From: an uncultured Gammaproteobacteria bacterium
Lineage (GTDB): Bacteria; Patescibacteriota; Microgenomatia; CAZXEC01
Reading direction: 5' to 3'
Length of the DNA: 64,000 bases
Assembly: GCA_964639595.1 (NCBI GenBank)
Contig: CAZXEC010000001.1
Span: forward strand, 390,903-454,902
The position numbers and the translations under genes were made by a program. The number at the start of each line of letters is the position of its first letter. The stretch's first letter is position 1. A model generated the notes under the pieces. That model made no database searches, was not told the DNA's origin, and saw only the letters and a list, made by a program, of their open reading frames with translations. Shown piece after piece: positions 28,132 to 37,488 of the stretch.

Positions 28132-29367
28132 ATGTCTAATTCCCCAGAAGTTTTACATTTTATTGGTATTGGTGGTAGTGGTGCCTCGGCAGTGGCTGCT
28201 CTTGCTCAAGCCGCTGGATATCAAGTTACCGGATGCGATTTGGATACCAGCTCCAACTACTTAAAAGATTTGTCAACCATAGCAATCAGCCAAGGACATG
28301 CTCCCGCGCATATAAATAAGGTAGATCTGGTGGTAGTTTCGCCGGCGATTTTAAGCCTTGATGCTGATAACGAGGAACTCAAAGCAGCACACAATAAAAA
28401 AATTCCGCTGATGACCTGGCAGGAATTTATGGGTAAATTTTTGCAAAAAGACAAATTTGTGATTGCTGTTGCCGGCACTCACGGCAAATCAACCACTTGC
28501 GCCATGATCGGAATGATTTTGGAAGCGGCCGGCCTTGACCCAACAGTGGAAGTTGGAGCAATTGTCAGACAGTGGGGTAAAAATTATCGTCTTGGCCAGG
28601 GCAAATATTTTGTCTGTGAGGCCGATGAGTTTAATGATAATTTCTTAAACTACTATCCTGACCTGGCTGTTATTACCAACATTGAGTTTGACCATCCGGA
28701 ATATTTTCAAAATGAGCAGCAACTCCAGACTAGTTTTGCCAAGTTTATCAGCCAAGTCAAGTCTGGCGGTAGAGTGCTTCGTACCAGTGAAGTTGCTAAA
28801 GTTAAATATAATTTATCTATACCGGGTGAGTTTAATCAGGATAATGCCAGCCTGGCTGCAGCTTGCGCTCAACAACTTGGCATTGATGAGCTAGTTATAA
28901 AGAGCGCTTTGGAAAATTTTTCCGGAGTTGGCAGGAGATTTGAACAGGTGGGAGAAGTTGACGGTGTCAAAGTTTTTGACGATTATGCCCACCATCCCAC
29001 CGCCATTGTCAAAACACTGCAGGCTTTCAGGCAAAAATTCTCTAATGAGAAAATCTTTTGTGTTTTTCAGCCGCATATGTTTTCCCGCACCCGAGCTTTA
29101 TTTGATGATTTTGTTAAGGCTTTCCAAAATGCGCCGGTGGATGAAGTGATAGTTGTTGATATTTTTGCATCCCGCGAAAAAGCTACCGGCAGGGTGACCA
29201 GCCGTCAATTAGTCGAGGCTATAGGCAAAGATCATGTCAAATACTTATCCAGCTTAGAGGCTGCCTATAATTGGCTAAAAAGCCGGCTAGTTCCTGGTAG
29301 TATTGTGGTATGCATGGGCGCGGGTGATATTAATAAATTATCAAGAAAACTAGTTAATAATGAGTGA
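28132..29367 (+). CDS. murC: UDP-MurNAc--L-alanine ligase
   Basis: HFIGIGGSG, AGTHGKSTT, EADE, DDYAHHPT, FQPH. Confidence 0.95.
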   Translation: MSNSPEVLHFIGIGGSGASAVAALAQAAGYQVTGCDLDTSSNYLKDLSTIAISQGHAPAHINKVDLVVVSPAILSLDADNEELKAAHNKKIPLMTWQEFMGKFLQKDKFVIAVAGTHGKSTTCAMIGMILEAAGLDPTVEVGAIVRQWGKNYRLGQGKYFVCEADEFNDNFLNYYPDLAVITNIEFDHPEYFQNEQQLQTSFAKFISQVKSGGRVLRTSEVAKVKYNLSIPGEFNQDNASLAAACAQQLGIDELVIKSALENFSGVGRRFEQVGEVDGVKVFDDYAHHPTAIVKTLQAFRQKFSNEKIFCVFQPHMFSRTRALFDDFVKAFQNAPVDEVIVVDIFASREKATGRVTSRQLVEAIGKDHVKYLSSLEAAYNWLKSRLVPGSIVVCMGAGDINKLSRKLVNNE

Positions 29368-30436
29368 TCAATACAAAATAATTATAGACGAGTTGGGCAA
29401 AGATCACCTTTTGCAAGATGAGCCAATGGCCAGGCATACCACCTTTGCCATTGGCGGGCCGGCGGATTTGTTTTATGTAGCGCAAACCGCAGATGAGCTT
29501 ATTGGCGCTGTCAATTTAGCCAAAGCACGAAAAATTCCTTATTTTATTTTAGGTGGCGGATCAAAGATTTTGGTGGGGGATAAAGGTATCAGAGGACTGG
29601 TAATTCATAATAAAACTGTTGTAGTGGAAGTCATTAATTCATCCTTCATCATTCATCCCTCATCATTAACTAAGACGCAGCCGCGTTTTGGTCAGGCCGA
29701 TGAGGATCAGTTCATCAAATTTAATGATCTGGACTATGATGAATCAAAATATGACCGGGTGTTGGTCAAAGTTGATTCCGGAGTTATGGTGCCGGTGCTG
29801 ATTACTAATTTAATTAGCCAGGATATAACTGGCTTGGAGTGGTTTGCCAGAATCCCGGCATCAGTTGGTGGTGCAATCTATATGAATATGCATGGTGCTA
29901 ATCGTTTTTTGGGAAACTTAGTGGTGTCTGCCAGAATTCTTGATGCAGCCGGTAATATCAAAACTGTTGACCAATCTTATTTTCAATTTGATTATGATTA
30001 TAGTATTTTGCACAAGACCCTTGAGGTAGTACTTGATGTGACCCTAGCCTTGTATAAAGGAGACAGGCAGAAAGCATTAACTATTGCCACTGAGTGGGCC
30101 AAGAGAAAAAGTAAGGTTCAAACACCAACTTCTGCCGGTAGTATTTTCCGCAATCTTTCTGTGGTTGATATGACGAGACTTAAACTGCCCACTCCTGCTG
30201 CTGGCTATGTGATTGATCACCTGCTTGGTCTGGCAGGCACCAAAATCGGACAAGCCCAAATTTCTACTAAACATGCCAACTTTATAGTTAATTTAGGTGG
30301 AGCAAAAGCTACCGATGTGCTAGAATTGGTGAAGCTTTGCCAAGAGCAAGCCCAGCAAAAATTGGGTTTGGAACTGGCAGAAGAACTGCTCTACGTAGGG
30401 GAGTTTGGTAAGCAGATGGATGGTGAGATGAATTAA
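29360..30436 (+). CDS. murB: UDP-N-acetylenolpyruvoylglucosamine reductase
   Basis: HTTFAIGGPAD, SAGSIFRN, KHANFIVN. Confidence 0.95.
   Translation: MSDQYKIIIDELGKDHLLQDEPMARHTTFAIGGPADLFYVAQTADELIGAVNLAKARKIPYFILGGGSKILVGDKGIRGLVIHNKTVVVEVINSSFIIHPSSLTKTQPRFGQADEDQFIKFNDLDYDESKYDRVLVKVDSGVMVPVLITNLISQDITGLEWFARIPASVGGAIYMNMHGANRFLGNLVVSARILDAAGNIKTVDQSYFQFDYDYSILHKTLEVVLDVTLALYKGDRQKALTIATEWAKRKSKVQTPTSAGSIFRNLSVVDMTRLKLPTPAAGYVIDHLLGLAGTKIGQAQISTKHANFIVNLGGAKATDVLELVKLCQEQAQQKLGLELAEELLYVGEFGKQMDGEMN
29632..29667 (-). repeat. Heptamer array (reverse orientation) in-frame in murB
   Basis: CATTAAT TCATCCT TCATCAT TCATCCC TCATCAT, complement of the AATGATG/AAGGATG units; encodes INSSFIIHPSS. 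Confidence 0.8.
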
Positions 30437-30442
30437 CAAGAT

Positions 30443-30482
30443 TCATTAATCTTTAATACTTAATCCTTTATCATTAACTAAT
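30443..30482 (-). repeat. Heptamer array between murB and murA
   Basis: TCATTAA TCTTTAA TACTTAA TCCTTTA TCATTAA CTAAT then ATG. Confidence 0.8.
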
Positions 30483-31769
30483 ATGGCTAAATTTGAAATC
30501 ACTGGCGGCAGGCCCTTAATCGGACAGATTAATGCTGGAGCCAACAAGAATGGAATCTTACCGGTAATGGCTGCCAGCTTGTTAACGGATGAGGATTGTA
30601 TTTTAGAAAATGTACCTGATATAGGCGATGTTAAAGTATTGGGCCAAATCCTGCGGGAATTAGGTGCGGTAGTGGAAAAGCAGGGCGAGGATACACTCAA
30701 AATCAATACTTCAAAAGTTACTAAACATCAATTATCATCAGAACTGGTAGCTCAATTGAGAGGTTCTGTTTTACTTTTGGGGCCACTGGTCAAAAGACTG
30801 GGTAAGGTAAAAATGCGCCACCCCGGTGGAGACATTATCGGACGCAGGTCGATTGATGTCCATTTAGATGCTCTGTCTCAACTAGGAGTCAGCGTTAAGG
30901 TTGATGATAATAGTTACGAATTATCTGCTGGCAAATTAACCGGAGTTCCGGTGTTTTTAGTTGAGTCATCGGTCACAGCTACAGAAAATGTTATCATGGC
31001 AGCAGTTCTGGCAGAAGGAACTACGGTTATCAAACATGCTGCTTCCGAGCCGCATGTGGCTGATTTGTGTAAATTCTTAAATAAAATGGGTGCCAAAATA
31101 TCAGGAGTTGGTTCAAACCTGCTGATGGTGGAAGGCGTCTCAAGATTAAGAGGAATAACACACAGAATTCCCTCTGATCATATTGAAGTAGGCACTTTTG
31201 CCGTGGCTGCTGCTGTTACCCAGGGAGATATTACCATCAATGATGTGCAACCGGAAGATATGGACATGATTGTGACTTATCTGAAAAAAATGGGAGTTGA
31301 TATCAAGTTGGTTGCCAATAATTCGTCAGAACATAACCAGTCTCCATGGAGTCTGCAGGTGAAATCATCAAAACTGACGGCAATTCGTAAAATCGATACT
31401 GACCCATGGCCAGGATTCCCGACTGATTTGACGTCTGTATTTACTGTTTTGGCAACCCAAGCTGCAGGAACTACGTTGGTTCATGACTGGATGTACGAAG
31501 GCAGAATGTTTTTTGTGGATAAACTGATTAACATGGGCGCCAACATCATCTTATGTGATCCCCATCGGGCAGTGGTGGCTGGGCCGACTAAGCTGGTCGG
31601 CAGAGAACTGGATAGTCCGGATTTGAGAGCCGGTATGGCCCTGGTTTTGGCAGCCTTGGCAGCTGATGGTAGAAGCACCATAGATCGGATAGAACAGGTG
31701 GAAAGAGGTTACGGGGATGTGGAAAAAAGATTCAAAAGCCTGGGCGCGGCTATTAAGAGGGTAGACTGA
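30483..31769 (+). CDS. murA: UDP-GlcNAc 1-carboxyvinyltransferase (Asp at the catalytic Cys position)
   Basis: GANKN, PGGDIIGRR, SVTATEN, PGFPTDL, DLRAG, ERGY. Confidence 0.96.
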   Translation: MAKFEITGGRPLIGQINAGANKNGILPVMAASLLTDEDCILENVPDIGDVKVLGQILRELGAVVEKQGEDTLKINTSKVTKHQLSSELVAQLRGSVLLLGPLVKRLGKVKMRHPGGDIIGRRSIDVHLDALSQLGVSVKVDDNSYELSAGKLTGVPVFLVESSVTATENVIMAAVLAEGTTVIKHAASEPHVADLCKFLNKMGAKISGVGSNLLMVEGVSRLRGITHRIPSDHIEVGTFAVAAAVTQGDITINDVQPEDMDMIVTYLKKMGVDIKLVANNSSEHNQSPWSLQVKSSKLTAIRKIDTDPWPGFPTDLTSVFTVLATQAAGTTLVHDWMYEGRMFFVDKLINMGANIILCDPHRAVVAGPTKLVGRELDSPDLRAGMALVLAALAADGRSTIDRIEQVERGYGDVEKRFKSLGAAIKRVD

Positions 31770-31770
31770 T

Positions 31771-31845
31771 AATGATTAAGGATGAATGATGAATTACAAA
31801 ATAAATTTAATCATTAATAGTTGATCTTTTATCATTAACTAATGT
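31771..31845. repeat. Inverted heptamer-array element between murA and glmS
   Basis: AATGATT AAGGATG AATGATG AATTACA ... TAATCAT TAATAGT TGATCTT TTATCAT TAACTAATG; shares TTTATCATTAACTAAT with the murB-murA spacer. Confidence 0.85.
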
Positions 31846-33621
31846 ATGTGTGGGATTTTTGGCTATGTCGGAACCAACGATGATGCTGCTGAAAAAGTCT
31901 TACAAGGACTGAAAAGATTAGAATATCGCGGTTATGATTCTTGGGGAATCGCTGTTTTAAATGGTAAAATAAAGTTGAGCAAAAAAGTTGGGGCAATAGG
32001 AGATATTAATGGCCAAACAAGCCTGCCTCGATCCTCAATCGGTATTGGACATACTCGTTGGGCTACACATGGAGGAATAAATGAAATTAATGCTCACCCA
32101 CACCTCTCTTCTGATAGGAGCTTTGCCCTTGCTCAAAATGGTATTGTAGAAAACTATCTGGAGCTCAAAAAAGAACTATTAAAGAAAAACTTCAAATTTA
32201 ACTCCGAAACAGACACCGAAGTAATTGTTAGGTTAGTTGAGCAGGAACTAAAGCATAGCAAAAACCTGATTGATGCGATACGTTTGGCGTTTTTGAAATT
32301 AAAAGGAAGAAATACGGTAATTATTTTAACACAAGATGGCCGGATGATTGCCGCTCGTAATGGCTCACCTTTGGTTGTTGGTCTAAATAAGAAAGATCGT
32401 GAAATATATTTGTCTTCCGATACTTTATCTTTTGCTCCATTTGTTCAGAAGATGATAGTTGTAGAAAATAGTCAGCTGGTTTACTGCCAAGACGGGAATA
32501 TAAAATTAATGGATATTAAATCAGGCAGGAATCGATCATATATACAAGAAAATGTTGATCTTGACAATAATACTATCGATAAAGAAGGGTATCCCCACTT
32601 CATGGTTAAGGAGATACACGAAGGCCCATATGTCATAAGACAATTGCTGAATCAAGATATAAAAATTTATCAACAACTGGTAAATGCCATCAAGAAAGCC
32701 AAAAATGTCTATACTATCGCATCTGGGACAACCGGTATAGCAGCCTCTCAGATAGCATTTTATTTGAGAATTTATACTAAAATTAAAGTAACCAGCTTAA
32801 TAGGTGCCGAAGCTCTGGATTATTATGATCTGTTCTCTAAAGGAGATTTGATTATTGCCCCATCCCAAAGCGGTGAAACAGCAGATGTGTTGGAGGTTCT
32901 GGAAGTTGCCAAAAAGAAAGGGGTTAAAATTGCCTCTTTTGTTAATATGTCAGGATCCACCATGACCAGAATGTCAGATATTAAATTTATGACCCAATCC
33001 GGTCCGGAGGTTTGTGTGATGTCTACTAAGGTGTTCGTTTCACAAATTGCCTGGGGTTATCTGATTGCCAAAATTGCTCAAGGTAAACTCAAAGAAGGGG
33101 TTAGAAATTTGAATGATCTAGCTTATCAAATGGATAAGTACTTAAAAGATAGAAAAAATCATAAGGCTATAAAATTGATAGGGAAAAAGTTGATCAAAGC
33201 AAAAAATATTTTCCTTTTAGGAAAATATCAAAATCTAAATATTATCAAGGAAGGTATGGTTAAAATTATTGAAGGCACGTATAAACATGCTCATGCTATC
33301 CCTGCTGGGGACTTAAAACACTACGCCATAACTCTAATAGAAAAAGGCGTTCCGGTTATTTCAGCTGTTTCTTGTGATGTGGCAGAGAGAGATATTCTCA
33401 ACGCTGTCAATGAGGTAAAAGCCAGAGGTGCTACAATTATAGGGATATCACCAAAACCTCATCAAAGCTTTGATTTTCACCTCCAAGTTCCTGACACGAA
33501 AGAAACCTCGGCTATTATGAATATTATTCCACTGCAGTTGCTATCTTATTATATGACTGTTGAACTTGGTCATAATGTAGATAAACCTAGAAATATTGCC
33601 AAAAGCGTGACAGTTAAATAA
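31846..33621 (+). CDS. glmS: Glutamine--fructose-6-phosphate aminotransferase
   Basis: MCGIFG, LEYRGYDS, GHTRWATHG, SQSGETAD, PRNIAKSVTV. Confidence 0.97.
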   Translation: MCGIFGYVGTNDDAAEKVLQGLKRLEYRGYDSWGIAVLNGKIKLSKKVGAIGDINGQTSLPRSSIGIGHTRWATHGGINEINAHPHLSSDRSFALAQNGIVENYLELKKELLKKNFKFNSETDTEVIVRLVEQELKHSKNLIDAIRLAFLKLKGRNTVIILTQDGRMIAARNGSPLVVGLNKKDREIYLSSDTLSFAPFVQKMIVVENSQLVYCQDGNIKLMDIKSGRNRSYIQENVDLDNNTIDKEGYPHFMVKEIHEGPYVIRQLLNQDIKIYQQLVNAIKKAKNVYTIASGTTGIAASQIAFYLRIYTKIKVTSLIGAEALDYYDLFSKGDLIIAPSQSGETADVLEVLEVAKKKGVKIASFVNMSGSTMTRMSDIKFMTQSGPEVCVMSTKVFVSQIAWGYLIAKIAQGKLKEGVRNLNDLAYQMDKYLKDRKNHKAIKLIGKKLIKAKNIFLLGKYQNLNIIKEGMVKIIEGTYKHAHAIPAGDLKHYAITLIEKGVPVISAVSCDVAERDILNAVNEVKARGATIIGISPKPHQSFDFHLQVPDTKETSAIMNIIPLQLLSYYMTVELGHNVDKPRNIAKSVTVK

Positions 33622-33625
33622 TAAT

Positions 33626-34303
33626 ATGAAGAGGCTTATTTTTGATATCGAAACAGTCGGGCAGAAATTTTCCAAACTTGACCGGGAGCAGAAGAAGTAT
33701 TTAACCCGTTTTGCCAAAGATGAAAAAGAATTGCTGTCTGCCAAACAATCAACCGCGCTTTATCCGGTGACTGGTTTTGTTTTTGCCATTGGCCTGTTCT
33801 CGCCGGATTATCCTGATTTTGGCAAAGTGTATTACCTGAGTCCACTGGATAAGACTGCCCAAACTGATCAGAAGAAAAAAGTAGTTTATGAACCTTTCGC
33901 AGATGAAGCGCAGCTATTGGAAAAATTCTGGCAGGCAGTTGCCAATTTTGAGCAAGTTGTCACTTTTAACGGCCGGGCTTTTGATGTGCCGTTTTTGATG
34001 ATCAGGTCCGCTGTCAATAAAGTTAAAGTAACCACCGCTCTGATGGGCAACCGCTATGCTGCCCGGCATGTAGATTTGGCAGACCAGCTAAGTTTTTTTG
34101 GTGCCTCCAGAAAATTGTCTTTGGACATGTATTGTAAGGCATTTGGTATAAAAAGTCCCAAAGCTCAAGGCATCACCGGCCTGGACGTGTCAAGGCTGTA
34201 TTATAAGAAGAAATATTTGGACATTGCCCAGTATTGCTGGGGCGATGTGGTGGCCACTTACCAACTTTATCAGTACTGGCACGACTTCATGATGGTAGAA
34301 TAA
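33626..34303 (+). CDS. DEDD-family 3'-5' exonuclease (PolB-exo/RNase H-like)
   Basis: FDIET, TFNGRAFDVPFL, YCWGDV. Confidence 0.85.
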   Translation: MKRLIFDIETVGQKFSKLDREQKKYLTRFAKDEKELLSAKQSTALYPVTGFVFAIGLFSPDYPDFGKVYYLSPLDKTAQTDQKKKVVYEPFADEAQLLEKFWQAVANFEQVVTFNGRAFDVPFLMIRSAVNKVKVTTALMGNRYAARHVDLADQLSFFGASRKLSLDMYCKAFGIKSPKAQGITGLDVSRLYYKKKYLDIAQYCWGDVVATYQLYQYWHDFMMVE

Positions 34304-34307
34304 AGAT

Positions 34308-35582
34308 ATGGCGGCCTGGTTCAAGACGATCTTATACTTTCCCATAGCTTATTACTTTAGATTTTTTGCCGGTATTCAATTAAAAATCTGGCATCCTAGA
34401 GTAATCGTAGTGACAGGGTCTAGCGGTAAAACTACCCTGTTGCATTTAATCGAATCACAACTAAGAAGCCAAGCTAAATATTCCCACCATGCCAACAGTT
34501 CCTATGGGATACCTTTTGATATTTTAAATCTGCATCGCCGTAGCCTGACTATTATTGAATGGCCAGGACTTTTTTTACTGGCCCCGTTTAGGGCTTTTAA
34601 AAAACCTTATCCGCAAAAAATTTATATAGTTGAGGCTGATTGTGATCGACCGTTTGAAGGTAAGTTCTTAGCATTGCTGCTTAGACCGGAAGTGACTTTA
34701 TGGACGAGCGTTTCCCGGACTCACAGTAAAAATTTTGATAAGTTAGTCAAAAACAAAAAATATTATTCACTGGAGGATGCCATTGCTTATGAGTATGGCT
34801 ATTTTCTGGAGTATACATCAGATTTGTCGATAGTGGATGGAGATTCTGCATTTATCACAAAGCAACTATCCAGGACCACCTCTCAGGTGAAGCTGGCTAC
34901 TATTGCAAATCACCTTCAGGATTATCAAGTTTCGCTTAGTCAGACTAGATTTAAAATTGATGATAAACTGTATACTTTTAATTTTTCTCTACCAAGGGAG
35001 ACCTCCTATAATATTTTTATGTGTCTTGGGCTTCTTGCTTATCTTGGTCATCCAGTTGATGATACATTTGCTCATTTTTATCTTCCTCCCGGTAGAAGCT
35101 CAGTATTTCCTGGGGTAAATGATATCACCATTATTGATAGTAGTTACAATGCCAATTTATCTTCCATGGAAGTAATCCTGGAAATGTTTTCCAGAATTCC
35201 CGCCCAAACCAAATGGGCAGTAATTGGCGATATGCTGGAACAAGGAGCAGGTGAGGGTTATGAGCATGAACAACTTGCCCAAATTATAGCTAAACTAGAG
35301 CTAAAAAAAATTATTTTATTTGGTCCTCGCACATCACAGTATACTTTCCCTCAATTACAAAAAATGATTGGGGACAAAACGGATGTTCAAAAATTTATGA
35401 ATCCTCGGGAAGTGCTGGACTATTTACAAAATACAATTTCCGGCGGTGAAGTTATTCTATTTAAAGGAGCTCGTTTTTTAGAAGGAGTTATCGAACATCT
35501 GCTTTGGGATAAAAATGATGCACAAAAATTGGCCAGACGGGAAAAAGTTTGGCAAATAAGGAGAAAACACTGGGGGCTATGA
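34308..35582 (+). CDS. murF: MurF-like ligase
   Basis: VTGSSGKTT, DSSYNAN, GDMLEQG, LFKGAR; divergent, short N-terminus. Confidence 0.8.
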   Translation: MAAWFKTILYFPIAYYFRFFAGIQLKIWHPRVIVVTGSSGKTTLLHLIESQLRSQAKYSHHANSSYGIPFDILNLHRRSLTIIEWPGLFLLAPFRAFKKPYPQKIYIVEADCDRPFEGKFLALLLRPEVTLWTSVSRTHSKNFDKLVKNKKYYSLEDAIAYEYGYFLEYTSDLSIVDGDSAFITKQLSRTTSQVKLATIANHLQDYQVSLSQTRFKIDDKLYTFNFSLPRETSYNIFMCLGLLAYLGHPVDDTFAHFYLPPGRSSVFPGVNDITIIDSSYNANLSSMEVILEMFSRIPAQTKWAVIGDMLEQGAGEGYEHEQLAQIIAKLELKKIILFGPRTSQYTFPQLQKMIGDKTDVQKFMNPREVLDYLQNTISGGEVILFKGARFLEGVIEHLLWDKNDAQKLARREKVWQIRRKHWGL

Positions 35583-36292
35583 ACAAAATTTTTATTCTAC
35601 ACGGATGGACGTACTCAAATGTGAATATAGATCCTCTTAAGAAATGGGATCTGTTTATAAAATTTATGGCTTCAAAAGGAACGAATCCTGTTTTACTGCG
35701 TATTCCCGGTTTAACAACAGCAATAGATCAAGTTTGGAATCTGGAAGAATATGTTAAATGGCTCAAAAAAATAACCGACGATGAAAAAGGGAAAGTTATA
35801 TTAATAGGTCATTCAAATGGAGGACGCATCGCGTTTAGTTTTGCTGAAAAATATCCAGATAAAATTAGTCAACTGGTTTTGATAGACAGTGCAGGTGTTT
35901 ACCACAATGAATTACCAATTCGTATTAAAAGATTTATCTTTGGGAATATGGCTAAGTTAGGGAAAAAAATAACCACCTCTGAAACTCTTAAAATTTTACT
36001 CTATAAATTAGCCCGCGAAGGAGATTATGGAAATGCTCTGCCAGCTCAACGACGAACGATGTTAAATTTAATCAGCACTGATTTAACTGGAATACTGAGC
36101 AAAATTCAAGTACCGACACTAATTATTTGGGGTCAGGAAGATACCACTACTCCTCTTGAGGATGGTAAATTAATGCACAGTTTAGTTAAAGGTTCAAAAT
36201 TATACGTTGTTAAAGGTGCCGGGCATTCACCTCAATTTACTCATACAAAAGAAGTGGCTGACCTCATCATAAAAGAATTGCCAGTTGTATGA
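35579..36292 (+). CDS. Alpha/beta hydrolase
   Basis: LHGW, GHSNGG, WGQED, GAGHSP; ATG 35579 overlaps murF stop. Confidence 0.9.
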   Translation: MNKIFILHGWTYSNVNIDPLKKWDLFIKFMASKGTNPVLLRIPGLTTAIDQVWNLEEYVKWLKKITDDEKGKVILIGHSNGGRIAFSFAEKYPDKISQLVLIDSAGVYHNELPIRIKRFIFGNMAKLGKKITTSETLKILLYKLAREGDYGNALPAQRRTMLNLISTDLTGILSKIQVPTLIIWGQEDTTTPLEDGKLMHSLVKGSKLYVVKGAGHSPQFTHTKEVADLIIKELPVV

Positions 36293-37488
36293 GTATTTTT
36301 AATTCCTTAGGCTCAAATTACTCTGCAGATTTTGTATTGAAAGCTATATTTGCTCCAAATAATCAGCAACATCAGGTAGATTTAAAAAATATGCTGGAGC
36401 AAAGATACGGAGGCCAAGTACTACTATTTTATAAAGCCCGTGAAGCTTTGAAGTCAGCATTAATGCTACTGGGATTGGACTTGTCCGCCACTGTCGCTGT
36501 TTGCGGCTTTACTTGTTATGTAGTATACCAGGCAGTCACAGAAGCGGGGTTAAAGGTTGAGTATTTGGATATTGCCGATGGCGGCTTAAACTTTACAGCA
36601 TCACAGCTGGAGGAAAGATTAAAGACGAATCCCTCCATCAAAGTAGTAATAATACAAAATACTTTAGGTTATCCTTGCGAGATTAGAGAAATAAAAAAAC
36701 TATGCGTTGATAACCAATTAATATTGATTGAGGATTTAGCTCATAGTGCCGGGCTAGTTTATCTTAATGGTCAGGAAGCTGGCACGATGGGTGATTTGGC
36801 AGTGCTATCTTTTAGCCAAGACAAAATTATCGATGGAATATCTGGAGGAGCATTGATTATAAGAAACAAAAAATTATTTCCTCTTTTTTCAATAAAATTT
36901 ACCAACCTAAACCTCCGGCAACAGCTGCTTGATAGGATGTATCCCATGTTTACGTTTTTGATTAGAAATAGTTATGATTTGGCTATCGGGAAGATTTTGC
37001 ATCTTGTCCTCAAGCAAGCAGGCTGGTTGTCATCAACAATTAATACCGCAGGGATTTTAACGATTCACTCGCTCCCATTTTGGTATTGTTATTTAATTAA
37101 ATTACAGATGGAGCATTTGGATATGAACCTTAAACATAGAAGGGAAATAGCCCGCATTTATACCAGGTATCTTGACAAAAAAATGCTTTCTTCTGCCCTA
37201 ATTTCCCAGATTAATAACTCTACTCATGTCAGATTTCCTATTCTGGTAGATAAAAGAGACAGTTTAATAACTTATCTGACCAAGCGTGGCATTCATCTGG
37301 CAGATATTTGGTATGATGCCCCGATTGCGCCTGGCAAATATCTGCAGATGACTAATTATCAATCTCAGTGTCCGGTAGCAGAAAAAATTTCCTCGAGGAT
37401 AGTTAATTTACCGACTCATGGTTACGTCTCGGGGAAATATGCCCGAAGGATTACCAACCTAATTAACCAATGGCAACTATCACAGTAA
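36289..37488 (+). CDS. DegT/DnrJ/EryC1-family PLP-dependent aminotransferase
   Basis: IEDLAHS, SFSQDK (PLP Lys), NLPTH. Confidence 0.85.
   Translation: MSIFNSLGSNYSADFVLKAIFAPNNQQHQVDLKNMLEQRYGGQVLLFYKAREALKSALMLLGLDLSATVAVCGFTCYVVYQAVTEAGLKVEYLDIADGGLNFTASQLEERLKTNPSIKVVIIQNTLGYPCEIREIKKLCVDNQLILIEDLAHSAGLVYLNGQEAGTMGDLAVLSFSQDKIIDGISGGALIIRNKKLFPLFSIKFTNLNLRQQLLDRMYPMFTFLIRNSYDLAIGKILHLVLKQAGWLSSTINTAGILTIHSLPFWYCYLIKLQMEHLDMNLKHRREIARIYTRYLDKKMLSSALISQINNSTHVRFPILVDKRDSLITYLTKRGIHLADIWYDAPIAPGKYLQMTNYQSQCPVAEKISSRIVNLPTHGYVSGKYARRITNLINQWQLSQ

Noticed and set aside
31770-31845. glmS ribozyme upstream of glmS
   Set aside because: The spacer is only ~76 nt, AT-rich, and fully explained by the heptamer element.
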